A stretch of 64,000 nucleotides of DNA from the human T2T-CHM13v2.0 reference genome, Homo sapiens (GCF_009914755.1 NC_060927.1), one strand, 5' to 3'; shown: positions 39,359-54,513, counted from the first letter of the stretch. Notes: generated from the letters alone by a model not told the origin. Numbers and translations are program-made.

Positions 39359-42289
39359 TGAGCCTGGTCATATTTTTTTGGTTTTTTAGAGACAGGGTAT
39401 CACTTTGTCATCTAGGCTGGAGTTCGGTGGCGTGATCATAGCTCACTGTAATCTCAAACTCCTGGGCTCAAGCTATCCTCCTGCCTCAGCCTCGAGAGTA
39501 GCTAGACTAGAGGTGTGCTCCACAATGCCTAGCTAATTTTTTTATTCACAATAGCTTTTTTTCCCTTTTTTATTTTTAATTTTGTGAGTACATAGTAGGT
39601 GTATATATTACGAGGTACATGAGATTTTTGTATAGGCATGCAAGGCATAATAATTTCGTCATGAAAAATTGGGTATCTATTCCCTGAACATCTATTCTTT
39701 GCGTTACTCTTTCAGTTGTTTTTAAATGTTCGATTAAATTATTATTGACTATAGTCTGCCTGTTGTGCTTTCAAATACTAGGTTTTATTCATTCTTTCTA
39801 AATTTTTTTCACAATAGCTTCTTAATATAAAAGTAACACCCCTTCCTGGAACTTTACTTCTTTAAATCAAACTTCTCTTCTTCATGGTTGTCAGTAATTG
39901 CATTAGTTGGACACAGGTTCAATTGTTCTCACAGAGACCTAAGATAACAGTGGTTCAACAAGATAGATGTTTCTTTCTTTCTCATAACAGCCTAAGCAAA
40001 AGTAGTCTAGGACTGGTTTGTCAGCTCCATCGTGTTAGTCCTCAATTCTTTGTTCTATTTGCTTTGCCATCCCCAGTGTTCTCCCTCACCTACATGGTTG
40101 AAGGTAGTTCACTACAAAATGTGCATTTCAGCTAGAAGGAAGAGGTAAAGGGTAAGGGGAGGCCATCCTCCTTTTCTTTAGGAGCTGAACCAAAAGCTGC
40201 TGCATCATTTTAGTTCACATCATGACTAGAAGCAGTGGTGTTCTGGACCTGCTTTTCATATTGGCTCATATCAACTAGTGAGAGCCGATTATGCATATCT
40301 CTTCCCAACTCTATGTTTAGGTACCTCACATTGTTAGTTTGAAATTGGCCATGGTCAAAGTATTTATACTGTGGAAATTGGCAGATACCATACATGTATC
40401 AGGGTTCTTCTCCTCCAAATATTTAACAACACATCACTGGCTAGCCTCCCCTCATGGCCACCCCTTGCTGCCGTAGTAGTTGGGGATTATGGTCTGTTGT
40501 AAGCAGTCATGAGCCTAGGTAAAAAAAAATCTAGGATTCTCTTGACTATCAGATAGTGTTTCCTAATAGGGAACTATTGTTATTTTTGGTGCGAAAATTC
40601 TTTGCGTGGACTGGTCCCTAGCATTGTTGGGTATTAACATGTCTTCATTATATTGTAGTTATTTGTGATTTGTGAAGAGGAAAAAAAAAACAAAAAAATT
40701 ATAGTTACTCATATATATATTTATGTTTCATATGTAGTTATTTGTGTATGTGTGTGTGTGTGTGTGTATATGTATATATATATATTTCCCCAATAGACTA
40801 AGAGCTCTATGGGATCAGAAGATGGATTTTATTAATCTTTGTATTTCTAGAACCATGCATAGTACTTAGCTTATAAGAAATGCTCAAAAATTTATTGATT
40901 GTATATTTGCATTTTATCTTGGACTTTCTAGAGATGATGTCTTACCACATATACTCTACTGAAATTCTCAATTGGAGACCATGTATCTTTGTATTCCTGG
41001 TTCTTGTATGATTTATCATCTATAATGGGCCCTAAATACATGTACGAGGATAGATGGATAAATACATGAAAGGAAAAAAGAAAGGGTGGATGTATGGGAC
41101 AGGAGCTTCAGTTATCTCAGTGGTTTGGTGGTGTAGTATTGAGCCCTATATACTTTGTGCTGAATGCTAAGGATACAAAGACATAGTCCCATGTGTTGGG
41201 AAGGTATAGGCTATTGTGAAGATCAGTAGAGGACAGAATATTATGATAGAGGTAAAGGTGATAGTAGAAGTAGGAGGAATCATCAAAAAAGGATTTATGG
41301 GGAAAGTTGTACCTGAACATTTAGTCTTAAGTTGTGAAACACAAATGCTGAATAGGAACCAGAGGAAAGAATAGAAGGTGTTCCATATATCAAAAGAAAC
41401 AGGCTTTGGAAGTCCTGAAGACCTCTGTTTGAGGCCTGTCTCTGCCTGCTATATAACCTTGAAAAAAAATCCTTAATCTGAATTGGTTTACTGGGCATAT
41501 TGCCATCATTTTATCTGTACTTAAATTGCTCCCTCTGCCTAAAATATAGTTCTCCCTTCTCTGTTACAATTATGTAGCTTTTATGTGTTCACTCACAATG
41601 AAGTCTTCATTTCAAGATTTTATTTCTTCTCTGAAAGCCTTTCTAGACCATAACTTGCCCCTCCCTTTTTCACCTTCCTTCCCTTGAATTCCTACACACT
41701 ATCGTCTCTAGCTTATTTTTTTTAAAGAACATACAAATTCTGTGTTATTCCTATTAATATTCCACTTCTCTATATTACATTGTACTTTGAGGACAGCAAT
41801 CATATCTTACTCATCTTTGCACCCTTGATGCCTAACAAAGTCCTGGTACCAAGGAGGTGTTTGATACATGTTAGTTCCCTTATTCCTACTTCAGCATAGT
41901 TGATTTGTTTTCACTGATGATTGCCTGGGGTTCCTCTCTATTCATACTGAAAGACAGCTGCCTATTTTATCCACACAAACTACTTCTGGTTAAGCTTAGA
42001 TCACATTTTTAAATGCCTAGTATAATCCTATTTCTGGAAAATCATTCTGCTTATATGTCTAACTTTACCTTTTTCTTTTTCTAGGTAATGAAAGTATTAG
42101 CAAAAGTATGACTTGTAGTGGCTCTTAACTTTCTCAGGTGCTGTGTAAACTTCACTAAGGTGCTTACCAAGAGATTGGTGTGTTGCAAGTCTGTTTCTCA
42201 GTCACACCTAAGTTTAGTGAATGCCTTTCAAATTAATCTTTGTAATAGCAAATGTTTTGCTAAATGTGGAAATAAGACCCTCTAAACAC

Positions 42290-42623
42290 CGGTGTTGTTC
42301 AGTAGAACTTTCTGCAATGATGGAAATGTTCTATATTGGCTCTGTCCAGTAGGGTGGACCACTAGCCACATGTGACTTTTTTTTTTAAACTCTAGATGTT
42401 ACCCAGACTAGTCTCAAATTCCTGGCCTCAGGTGATCCTTCCGCCTCAGCCTACCAAAGTGCTGAGATTTCAGGCCTGAGCCACTGTACCCAGCCACCAC
42501 ATATGGCTTTTGAACACTTGAAATGTAACTGATGCAACTGAGAACTGAATTTTAAATTTTATTTTAGTTTATTTAAATTTAAAAAGCCTCGTGTGGCTTG
42601 TGGCTTTTGTTTTGACCATGCAG
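42290..42623. mobile_element. MER3 hAT element containing an Alu fragment (~42378-42495)
   Basis: agaactttctgcaatgatggaaatgttctatat...; imperfect 8-bp TSD ctctaaac / ctctgaac. Confidence 0.8.
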
Positions 42624-43747
42624 CTCTGAACAATGTTTTCTGTGGGATAATATTTATAGTGGATTCCAGTGATGAAGAAAAAATAGAACAGAAAAATATA
42701 AAGTTTGAACTTTTCTCTGTAGCCATGAGTCAGTATGCCATTAATCTTTCATGAGTTCTCTTTTCTATTCCTTTATTTTCATGCCTCTCTGAAAAGAGGC
42801 TATTACTGTCACTTCCAGTCAGTCTAGAGACTTTTGCAAGATTAATTTTAATAAAGCACTATTTCAGTCACCTTAATTATATCATTGGTCTGCCAGATAT
42901 TTTCAATAATTCCTTGTTCTCTATCTTCAGAACCCTCTTCTATTTGCATTCCTAATCTTAAGGATTTGCTGTAGGCACAATGTTCAATTTGTTCATATTC
43001 CTTTACTTTGCCATTTCCCTTCCTCTTCTGCCTGTTTAAATCCTATACAGCTTTAAGGCCTAAATTCTATCTCTCCAATGAGGTCTTTTAAGATCCTCAG
43101 GTATCTTTTAAAGCTCTTATTGTCATTATCACTCCTTGGCAGTTCATATACCTCCTGTATCTTCTTTATGTTTTCGTATATAGAAATCCAAAAAAATTCA
43201 ATTATGTATTTATTGGAACATCCAAAATATGTTCCTATAGAAAGAATGAAATCTACTTTTTGTTGCAAGCTGCCCTTAAACGTCTCTTTATTGTAAATAT
43301 AACTTTAATTCAGCTAATTAAAAAAGAGTGGCCTTATTCTTTATAGCTTCTCTCATTCTTTGATTCTTCTAAACTCTTCTATTCTCTAAGTGTTCATGGT
43401 TTTCTTTATAACTCCACAGATGTTTTAATAGTCCCTGGGGATGGCTATGGTATTGAAAGGTTGACATTTTTATTGTTTGTAACTTGGACAGTAAATAGCC
43501 TTAAAGGCAAGAGTTTATTCATTTATTAATTCAACAGATACTTACTAAGTACCTATTATATACTAGGTGTGGGTGTTATATCAGGGGAAAGAAAGATTCC
43601 TATCTGCATGGAGTAAAATTTCTAGTTTGATATTCTGGCCTGTCCCCAAACCAGTATGCTTCAAAATAATGTTTATTGTGTCAGTGAATGCTAAATATTT
43701 CACTTGGGTGCTAAAATTTTAGTTGAAAAATTAACGTTGTCAATTAA

Positions 43748-44038
<291 letters not shown>

Positions 44039-46146
44039 TAAGTAATGTTAGCATCATTGTAAATGTAGGGACGATGGCATTGGCCACTAAAGAAATTTAC
44101 CTGTTACAGACTAGTGAATAAGCTAAAATAGTCACGCTTTAGTATACTAAAATGTATGTAATTAACTGGGAGTTGTTAATTTACTGAGGCCTTGTTATAG
44201 TGCTGTCTATAGGGGAAAAGGGCTAAGGCTATAGAATTCTTAAAAGTGGATCTCTTCGATATTCAAATATAAACTCATTGTTTTATGTGATAGTTTACTT
44301 TTTATAGAATTTTGCATTTTGAAATACTCCATTAACAAGGTTCTAAAATATCTTTTAATTTTTTCTCTTTTAGTAACTTGTATTTTGCTTTTGTCCTTTT
44401 TTCCTTAAAGAGTTATTATTTCAGAGTTATGTAAACAGTTTATTTTTCTAATACCACATTGATTTCTCAGTTTTCACATCTACATTTCCATATTGGACAT
44501 GTGATTGTTATCAAATTAGGCATACACTTATATGATTTCGTCCATGTGGGTGAACATTTTTTAAAAACGAAGTGACAAAGGACTTTTGCACTACCAGCCC
44601 TCATAGCATTTATGCATGGTAAACAGTAGATGGTGCTATAACCGTGAGGCATAGCAAACTGAAAGTAGTTTAAATTGCTCTTTAACTTGTAGTAAACTAA
44701 ATATTTGCCCTTGCCGTCTTGTCCCTTTTCCCTTGTTCTTGTGGTTCATTATTAAGGATTAAAAAAAAAAAAAATCAACCTGTCATGTGGTTAGATGAAA
44801 AATTGTAGAGTTTCTCAGTGGTCTTCAGTAGTAAATGAACATTTTTAAATGAGGTGGTTTGGAAGCTCTGATTGCAAAAGTTAAAACTGTATTATATAAT
44901 TTATTGCTAAAGTTGATACTTTTAAATTTTTATATATTTAATTAGAGAAGTTATTTGATTTGTATAAGCAATTCTCATGTTTTATTGAATCTAAAGGAGA
45001 ACTTTTAACAGGGATATGTATGAAGAGAGAACTTTGCAGAACCCCATAGGCTAAATTGGTGTTTACAGATGTTTAAGCAGGGAATCAGTGATTTCTAGAC
45101 TAAAGTAAAAAATATTAATGATGGTTATTTGTAAAACAATATTATGTGCTTTTTTAAAACTAGTCATTTAATTTTTTTCATTTACTCTTTTCTGGATTTA
45201 TTCATTAATACATGCATTAATTCAACAAATATTTACGTGAGCATCTACTGTTGCCAAGCATAGAATCTTTTCTATAATCACAACATTGCCAAGGGTTGGG
45301 AAAGTGTTTGGGAATAAAAATAACAAAAATCCAAGTTAGACCTCAGGAGCTTACATTCTAGGGGGTGAGATAACAGACTAAATATAATTAATAAGTTACA
45401 TTATATATTAGATCATCAGTGTATTGAAAACAAACAAGTAAAAGAATATCAGAAAGCCTATGGTGGTAGTGATGACAAGGGTCTGTTGCTCTTATAATTA
45501 GAATGATCCTAATAGGCCTTATTGAGAAACTGACATTTGAAATGAGGGAGTCAGTCATGCAGATATCTGTGGAAACGGCTCAAAGTCGGGGTATACAGTT
45601 GTTAAGTGACTACAGTGATTACTGAGTAATCAAATAACAGCAAAATATTTGCTTTCAATTCTGTCACCTCTCTCAGCTAGTGAATTTCCTGAATAGAAAA
45701 GAAAATACAGAACTACTGTGATTGCTTCACCATTATAAACTCATAGTTAGTGAGAATTCACAAAGATATAAGAATTAATTATGGACAGTGTAATATGTTT
45801 ATGAAATATAGAATCGTTTGCCATTTGACCAGATTTTCTCATGGGATTTTTACAATCAGAATTTTATTATTAAAGGTAAACTGCTTTTTGGAAGGAATGT
45901 GATTCAAAAATATACAAAATGTACACAAAAGTACACATTCTTAGTAAATTTCAAAGATAGAGGGAAAGGTTTTTTGTATATTTTTTTTGATATTTAATAG
46001 TTGTGCATATGTGGAAAAGAATGTTTAAAAACATGATTGACTTACCATCCAGGGCCAGCCACCGTTAGCATTTTGATGAATTTCCTATGCATGTATATTT
46101 ATGAGACAAGTAATGTATACAGTATTCATATAATAAATACAATTTT

Positions 46147-46442
46147 GAGCCGGGCACGGTGGCTCACGCCTGTAATCCCAGCACTTTGGGAGGCCGAGGA
46201 GGGCAGATCACGAGGTCAGGAGGATCGAGACCATCCTGGCTAACATGGTGAAACTCTGTCTCTACTAAAAATATAAAAAATTAGCCGGGCATGCGCGCCT
46301 GTAGTCCCAGCTACTCGGGAGGCTGAGGCAGGAGAATTGCTTGAAACCTGGGAGGTGGAGGTTGCAGTGAGCCAAGATCACGCCACTGCACTCCAGCCTG
46401 GGCGACAGAGCAAGACTCTGTTTCAAAAATAAATAAATAAAA
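46147..46442 (+). mobile_element. Young Alu (Sc/Y-like) in ARL13B intron 3
   Basis: CpG-rich Alu consensus (gatcgagaccatcctggctaac). Confidence 0.92.
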
Positions 46443-47541
46443 TTTTGTATCCTACTCTTTTTTTTGATATGTTTATAAACACCTCTTGAATGTCTGACCA
46501 AGCCCCATATTTGAAAGTTCTCCTGTTTACCTTTTTCTCTCTGACTTGCAATTAATTTCTCTTATTGATGTTACTGTCTTATTATCGTTTGAATCTCTTC
46601 ACTACTCCATTTCCCTTTAGTGTTACCTCCCTTCAATTCCTCTTCTCTAATCACCTGTGTTGCTGATAGGAACAGTCCCTTAACCAGTCTCTAACTGCCA
46701 GTCTTGCCTGCCCCCCAAGCTCTCCTCTACACTGCCAGCAGTTCTTTTCTTTATTTGATATTTTTCAGATTACAAAACTGGTACATGCTTGTTATGACCA
46801 GTGAAACAATACAAGAATATGTAAAGAATATGAGACTTTTAAAAATACAATTTTGATAATTTTACTGCTTCTTAGCTTAAAGTCCTTCAAGTTCCTTTCA
46901 TAGTTCCATGCAGATAAGAAATTCTTTCTTTAAACTAACATAACCTCTGCAACTAGAAATAATGCCTGGCATATAATAGGTCTGGCACTGACAGATCTGC
47001 TGTATAATAAGTAGAAAAGATGTTCAGCAGAACTGTGCTAAGCTCAGTGCTAGGGGATGGGGGCTGTAGAAGGGTAGCAGGAGGGGATACCTGTATTAGA
47101 GTCAGGTGGCAGTTCTCTTTGTTGCACACAGCTTCCTCCTTAGTGCCCACAGACATCTGGACCACTCATATGCCAAATATTTACAGCATCTAATTTCTTC
47201 TGCCCGCGCCTTATCTGAGCCTAAACTAGTTGAGGTAACGCACAGTGCCTTAGAAGTCATTTTAATGCTTGGATAACTTTCTCCTCCTACCCCCAATAAC
47301 AAGCAAGCAGAAAACAAGACCTCTGAAAAGCTTCATTTAATAGAAGGAAATAAACCTAAAGATTAAGAAACTTTTCTATAATCACAAAATTACAAATTGA
47401 CAGAGCCTGAATTCATTGTTATTTGTGGGAAGTAGAGTGGATGACCACAGTAGCAGGTTGTGACAATCTTTAGTTCTTCTCTACTTGCTCCTACACACAA
47501 GCCTGACAGCATGTTGTGATGGCAAATAAGGCCTTGGCCAG

Positions 47542-47893
47542 TGTCTCATTCTGTTTTCATGGTGCTGATAAAGGCATACCTAAGACTGGGAAGAAAAAGA
47601 GGTTTAATTGGACTTACAGTTCCACATGGCTGAGAAGGCCTCAGAATCATGGTGGGAGGCAAAAGGCACTTCTTACATGGTGGTGGCAAGAGAAAATGAG
47701 GAAGATGCAGAAGCAGAAACCCCTGATAAAACCATCAGATCTCGTGTGACTTATTCACTACCATGACAACAATATGGGGGAAACTGCCCCCATGATTGAA
47801 ATCATCTCCCACCAGGTCCCTCCCACAACACAGAATTATGAGAGTACAATTCAAGATGAGATTTGGGTGGTGACACAGAGGTAAACCATATCA
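47542..47893 (-). mobile_element. THE1 MaLR solo LTR
   Basis: THE1 consensus in reverse complement ending aaaccatatca; 5-bp TSD gccag on both sides. Confidence 0.9.
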
Positions 47894-49201
47894 GCCAGAT
47901 TTTACTTGATGTCACAGACTGGAGGTTTTTCTTGAAAAGTCAGAATCAGAATATCACTAGGCTTCTTTGTTTTATTAGCTCAGAAGTTCTTTTTGGCAGT
48001 TGTATAGCATTTATTAATCAGCATAATATTTTAATTCTTCTGAAATAAGTGGTGAAAAGTTTAGGGAGAAGACAGAGTCTGGAACCTGGATTCTAAGAGC
48101 TACTGTGAATTTGTTGATAACCCTGATAAGTCACTTTACTTCTTTGGGCTTAGTTAAATGCCTCTTCTATAATAAAAGTAACTGTAAAATATTCTAATTC
48201 TGTGTATTCAGCTATGTAGAGTGGCATGAACCAGAACCAATTTCAATAGAAAATTAAAAATGATTTGCATTCCTTTTAAAGAGAGTAAAAATAAATGCCA
48301 TGCAAACATTATGCTTTGCAATCATGTTAATCTACAAAGTCCTTTTTCTCTCACATCAACTATTTAGAAATTAACTTTAGCCTGTACTGTAAGGTATGAA
48401 TTACGTTATCTACTCTTGCCTGCTCCCCACCCCCCTTAACTATTTAGAGCTTAATTAATCTAGCTGGCCCTTCAGAAATTTTTTTAAAAATACAAACAAA
48501 AAACCTTCAAACTAGGTAGTCTTGACAAAGAAGGCCTTTCCAAGAGAAAAAGTAAACAGGTTTTGCAACTTTATAAATAGTGCCAGCAGTAATACCAAAT
48601 TTTAAGCTCAACATCCAGTATAGACATTTTCCATTAATAGTACAAGGCATGATTTGTTGATTACCTGAGGAATAAACTGAGCTGCGAGGTATTTTAAACA
48701 GCTTAATCTGTTGAAATTTTCAGCAGTCCAGGGTTACACTGATGTCATAAGAAAGCATATGCTCTTTCTACACCCCCTCTCGCTAGTACCCGTGGAGTCT
48801 TAAAAGTTGGCCTCAGAGAGATAATAAATTACCCCTTCTTTTTATAGTTGAATCTCCTAATGCTTTTAACCAAAGTTATCCTGGAGAGGCACAGGCTAAA
48901 ATTTTCTTTTAGGGTAACAATTCTATTTGTATTAGCATTCTCAAACTACTGGAAGGTGCCACTTTTCTCATTACACACTGCCTGCTTTTCTGTGGAGTTA
49001 CATGAACTACCTTAACTTTTGGCCAGTCTTCACAAATTGAATGATTACAGCAAAAGTGATATATGTATAGTTTCACTTGGGGAAGACAACATGATATCTC
49101 TGATTTGATCTTACTGGATGTTATGAGCATTCCAATTAAAAAGTTTCTTGGCTACTCTGGGCACACTGCGTATGGGGTAGCCCTGCTCCTCAAGGAGCAG
49201 T

Positions 49202-49204
<3 letters not shown>

Positions 49205-49252
<48 letters not shown>
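49205..49252. repeat. (GATA)12 tetranucleotide STR
   Basis: Direct count. Confidence 0.95.
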
Positions 49253-51299
49253 TTCTTGACCCTGGTCTTTGCACCATGAGTGGTCTCCCAAGACCTTCTG
49301 AAATCATACACAGAATCCCAAGTGTATGTACATTTTTCTTGTGAGCAGATCCTAAAGAAGTTTATGACTAAAAAGATTAAAAACCCTGTCAGTGATTTTC
49401 CATATTAGGAGAAACAATAGCCAGACATTAATTATTACTTTTTCAACATGAGATTTTTTTTTTTTGTTTCCAACCTTTATATGCTTATTTGACTCACCTT
49501 CCTTCTAGGCAGTATTACAGCAAAATGTTAGTTTGCAAGTTTCTTTTAGTCATATTCCGTATTGTAAGTGCCCAGGAGAAGTTAAATAGGTTATGGTTAT
49601 CCTAATACAGTTATCAGAAATTGAATCAAACATACTTTTAGTATGTTAAACATTTAAATAATAGAAGAATCTGAGTCCTGTTTTAGAATGCTGGAGACCT
49701 ATAGATATGGAATTACGGTCTGCCTATGTCACATAATCAGTTGATCCTTAGATAGAGTGGTGAGTCCCCTAATTTCCTCTGAAACCCCTACTTATTGAAT
49801 TTATAAGGTCTATTGGCTTAAGATTTCTCTCCTTTCAGTGGAGCGTTACCACACTGTCATCTTCATTAATGTCATTTACTTATACTGTTGACTCATCTCC
49901 AGATGTCCTTACTGAATGTTTCCTTTTGTCTCTTAATGACATTCAGCTTCATAGCAGCTGTAATTTACAGTAAAGATTCTCAGCCAATTGATTTTGTAGG
50001 TAATTTAAGTACTGGGAGCCTGCAGAGGTCCCCATCCCTGCCTTCCCTATCACTTCAATCTAGTTAAAAACAAAATAACAGAAAAAAACTCTTTGGCAGT
50101 GTTACTACGTAGCAAGATATTGTCCATGGACCACCTGCATCAGCATCAGCCTAGACCTTCAAAATTTTTGAGGGTGAGACCAGATATACTTTGGGCTTTT
50201 TTTCCATACGTGCTCTCCAGATCATTCTGATTTATAGCAAAAATTGAGAACTACTGGTGTAGGAGAAAGTGTTAAGTCAGAAAGGCCCTAAGTAGGTTAT
50301 TTAATCTTTCTAAGCTTTTATGTCTGCACTTGTAAATAGGGATTATAATATGTCATGTTATGTGAATTCCAAATAATGCATTTAAAGCCTCTCAAGCCTG
50401 TAGTACAGTGTTTCACTAGTGTTCTGTAAATGCAATGGTGGATGTGAATATCATTATTATTGATAATATACTGTGTCCAAGTGTAGAAGAATTAGGAGAA
50501 CCTAATGTTTCAAAGTATTTCATCTTACGAATTCAAGCTCTATGAAGCTTGTAATTACAGAAAATGGCACAGTTTAGTAGTTATGAATATGAGCTTTAGT
50601 GCTCATAGTAATTTTTATTTTTATTATTGCATACTTTCAGTATTGCAATATTTTGCCTTCGCCTCTTTTAATAATTTTTTCCCTTTAAGGTTATTATCTT
50701 AAGAAAAAATAATGACTTTTAGTGCCTATTAAGTGTGTATATAAAATACACAAAATGCTACAACTAATTAAGTTATCATGTTATCTGTTTTGTTTAGATT
50801 AAGGTGATACTAATTGGTTTGAAAAGAGAACAATGAAAACGGTTTCTGATACATTGCTTTGTGATGATTTTTTTTGTGCTTAAGTCTTGCTTTAAAAGCA
50901 GTATGTTCTAATATAAAATGCTGAAAGAAAATAACTATTTTACAAATTCATCTGGATATAATTGTACTAATGAATATTAAATAGTACTTAATATTATCAG
51001 TTTTCATGATAAACAATTTAGTAACAATTACAAACAGGTATCACTAAGGCTGTAGAAAAAATTTTAGAAGGAACAACAGAGAGACGTCTATCACTAGTCA
51101 GCTGTGGAGTTTATCATCTTTTAAGTTTATCTTTTTTTAATAATGTTTCTTAAATATTTGAAGCGGAGATACGTGAAACATCTTTTTCTCTAGCGATGCT
51201 TGATAATTGACACCATAGAAAGCTCTTCAATTTTGTGATATTTTATAAATTAAAAATTATTTTGTATTGTTTATGAAATACATATTTTACATATACAAA

Positions 51300-53530
51300 T
51301 TCAGTCATTTCAAATACCTCAACCTCTCTTGACATATTTTCCTTCATCATACGTACCTGGAAAAGCCACTGTCTTGCTTAGACCCAGTCATCTACACATT
51401 CTGTGCTAGCACACAAATGCTAAACATCGATAGATTAGTAATACGTGACTGTGATGGCTGATCTTACATTAAAGTTATCATAACTGCCTGGTTATCTTCT
51501 TATCTTTCTTAGAATGTTTGTTGTTCTCTCAAAATGACAGTTTCCCTCCTTGTCCTCTCATTCTGTTCTCCCTTAACCCCACTGTGCTTTCAGTTTTTGC
51601 CTGAGTTCTTTAAGGAAATAGAAACCATCGCACAAGAGTATTCTCATTTTTTCCACTACCACATTTACTCAACTGTCTGCTTTTATTCCTAAACCCTGCC
51701 TTTTCTTCTATAGTATGGAAGAAGGGTTTCTCTTTCTACCCAAGTCCAGCTTCTGCATTTGTGCTTCATACTCCACTTCTTTCTGCTCTTACATAATAGT
51801 ATCCCTTCCCTTTCTTATGTGAGGAGTTTCTCTCTCTGGATCTTTCCTGTCAGCAGAATGTGCTTTCATGTTTCTTGCCTGGAAGTATAGTGGAATCCTT
51901 TCACTCTACATATCTCTCTAGCTATTGATTACTTTTTATAGTACCTTATTCAAACTTCTGGAAAGAATTGCCTGTAGTGGCTGCTGTATTTCTTCATGTC
52001 ACATTCTTTCCTCTGCAGACTCCATTTGTGCTTCTGTTTCTATAATTCCTTGAAACTGCTCTTCTTGAAGTCAATAATTGTCTTTGTGCTGCCAAATCTA
52101 TTGTTATTTTACTGCTCTTATTTTACCTAAAGTTGACTGTTTCTTCACATTTTTCTTTCTTTAAACTCTCCTTTTGCATTGGCTTTCCTTGTACCTCATT
52201 GACAGTTTCAGTTAGTTTCTTTTATTAACTCCTCTTCTTCTTTGAGTCTAAATTTTGAAATACTCCAGGCCCTTATCTGCACTTCCAGTTTTTTACATCC
52301 ACATACTTTTCATACCACCTTACATAGCATTTATTTACTAAAATGACCCAAATCTGTACTTCTGGTCCTGACATATCTCAAGCACTCCTACTGATATAGC
52401 TAATATCCTAAAACCTCCACTTGGACCTTTTAATAGTCATTTCAGATTCTCTGGACCAAGATAGCATCTTTGATTTCCTTCTCATGGCCAATTCTGAAAC
52501 CTTCGTCTCTGACTTTTCCCATGTCAGGAAATGGCATCATCATCTAATCTGTATCCTGTAATTCTACCTTTTAAATCTATCAGAAGTTAATCTAACTTTT
52601 TCCACCACCACTATATAGTATGTAGTAAGAGAATGGTTAAGAGCTGTTTCTGGAGTCAGACTGCCTGGGTTCATATCCCAATTCACTATGTGCAGTTTCT
52701 GTGACCTGGAACAGGTTAGTTAATTTTGTTGCACCTCAGTGTTCATATTGGTAAAATTGTAAAAATAGTGTCTACTTCATACTTTATCTACTCTGAAATA
52801 ATTGGAACAATGAGTAGGACATTGCGAATACTTTATTCCTCTTTGATATTACTGTTGTTGCTGCCACCATCACCACCTCCTCTTCCATCCTAGTCCAAGC
52901 CACCATCATTTCTTCCTACTGCATTAACTTTCTAATTGTTTTCTATACCTATGTGCTTGTCTTCTACTCACCTCTCCCAAATCCATTCTAACCCATTCTT
53001 CATATGGTAGATAGAATGATCTTTTTCAAGTGTAAATTATATAATATTACTATTAGGTCTAGAAAAATCTGAGATCCTTGTGTTGATTACACTTGTGTGA
53101 ACTTCAGACTTCTTTCCATGGCTTACAAAACCTTACATCTAGCCCTTGCTGACCTTTCTTAACCTCATCTCATATCTCACTGCTCTTTTCTGACTATGCC
53201 CCAGCTGGATTGTTATTTTTCTTTGCACAGAGTTAGTCAGACCCTCCTCAGGGTCTTTGTACTATTTGTTTCCTATGCCTGGAATTATACCCTCCCTTGT
53301 ACTCATTCAGATCTTCAAGTAAATTTCACCTTTCAGAAAGGTCTTCGCTGACTACCCAATCTAAAGAAGCACCCCTTGACAGTCTCTGTCTCATTTCATT
53401 GCCCTTTTAAGTCTCTGCCCAGAACTTAACATTATCTAATATTTGTATTTATCTGCTTTCTCCATTAGAATGTGAGTTGCAAAACTCTATTCCCGTGTTG
53501 TGTGAATTTAGACTGTATCTCTAGCTTATA
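51300..53530 (+). mobile_element. Degenerate L2 with a MIR-like insert at ~52620-52830
   Basis: Long pyrimidine-rich L2-like ORF2/3' motifs; MIR core ctggagtcagactgcctgggttc; boundaries approximate. Confidence 0.5.
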
Positions 53531-53764
53531 GTATAGTATAGCATTATCTTAAAGTCATGGCAAAATATTCAAGAATACAGTTGCCTTTAATTTGACTTTA
53601 TCTGCCAGTCTGTAATACATTGCCCTGTATGGACCCAAGTTCAAGAAAGCAATACCTTAACTCATCTTCTTATTCCTTAAGCTAGATTCAGCTCCCAGTT
53701 ACAAATTAGATTCTTCAAGTACATAGTTGAGTTTTCCCTGATCTGTTGACATTGAGTTAAGTTA

Positions 53765-54111
<347 letters not shown>

Positions 54112-54513
54112 TTAGCTTTATTGTAGCATGATTCTTAACTATTAAAATATTCTCCAGTCAGCCAAATGGATTGCCTAGGTAGTCATTACTACTTAACACA
54201 TGAGAGAAATGTATAATATAGAGCTTGATACCTGACCAGAAGACTAAGATTATGCATCTCATTTTCAATAGTTAATTTGTGAGTTGATGGTAACTGTATT
54301 TTTTTGTACTTTAATTAAATAAAAGTGTGTTTTATGTAACTGGCTACAGAAGTTTCTGAAATTTTAGTGGGTTAGGGTTAAAGGGGAAAATTACAACTTA
54401 ACAGTGATGAAAGGTATGTGAGTGGATCCATGAGATGGAGAAAAACAATACAAGACACTGAAATATAAGCTATCTTTTACCGTAAAGCTGGAAAAAGTTT
54501 TAAAATAGCTTCT

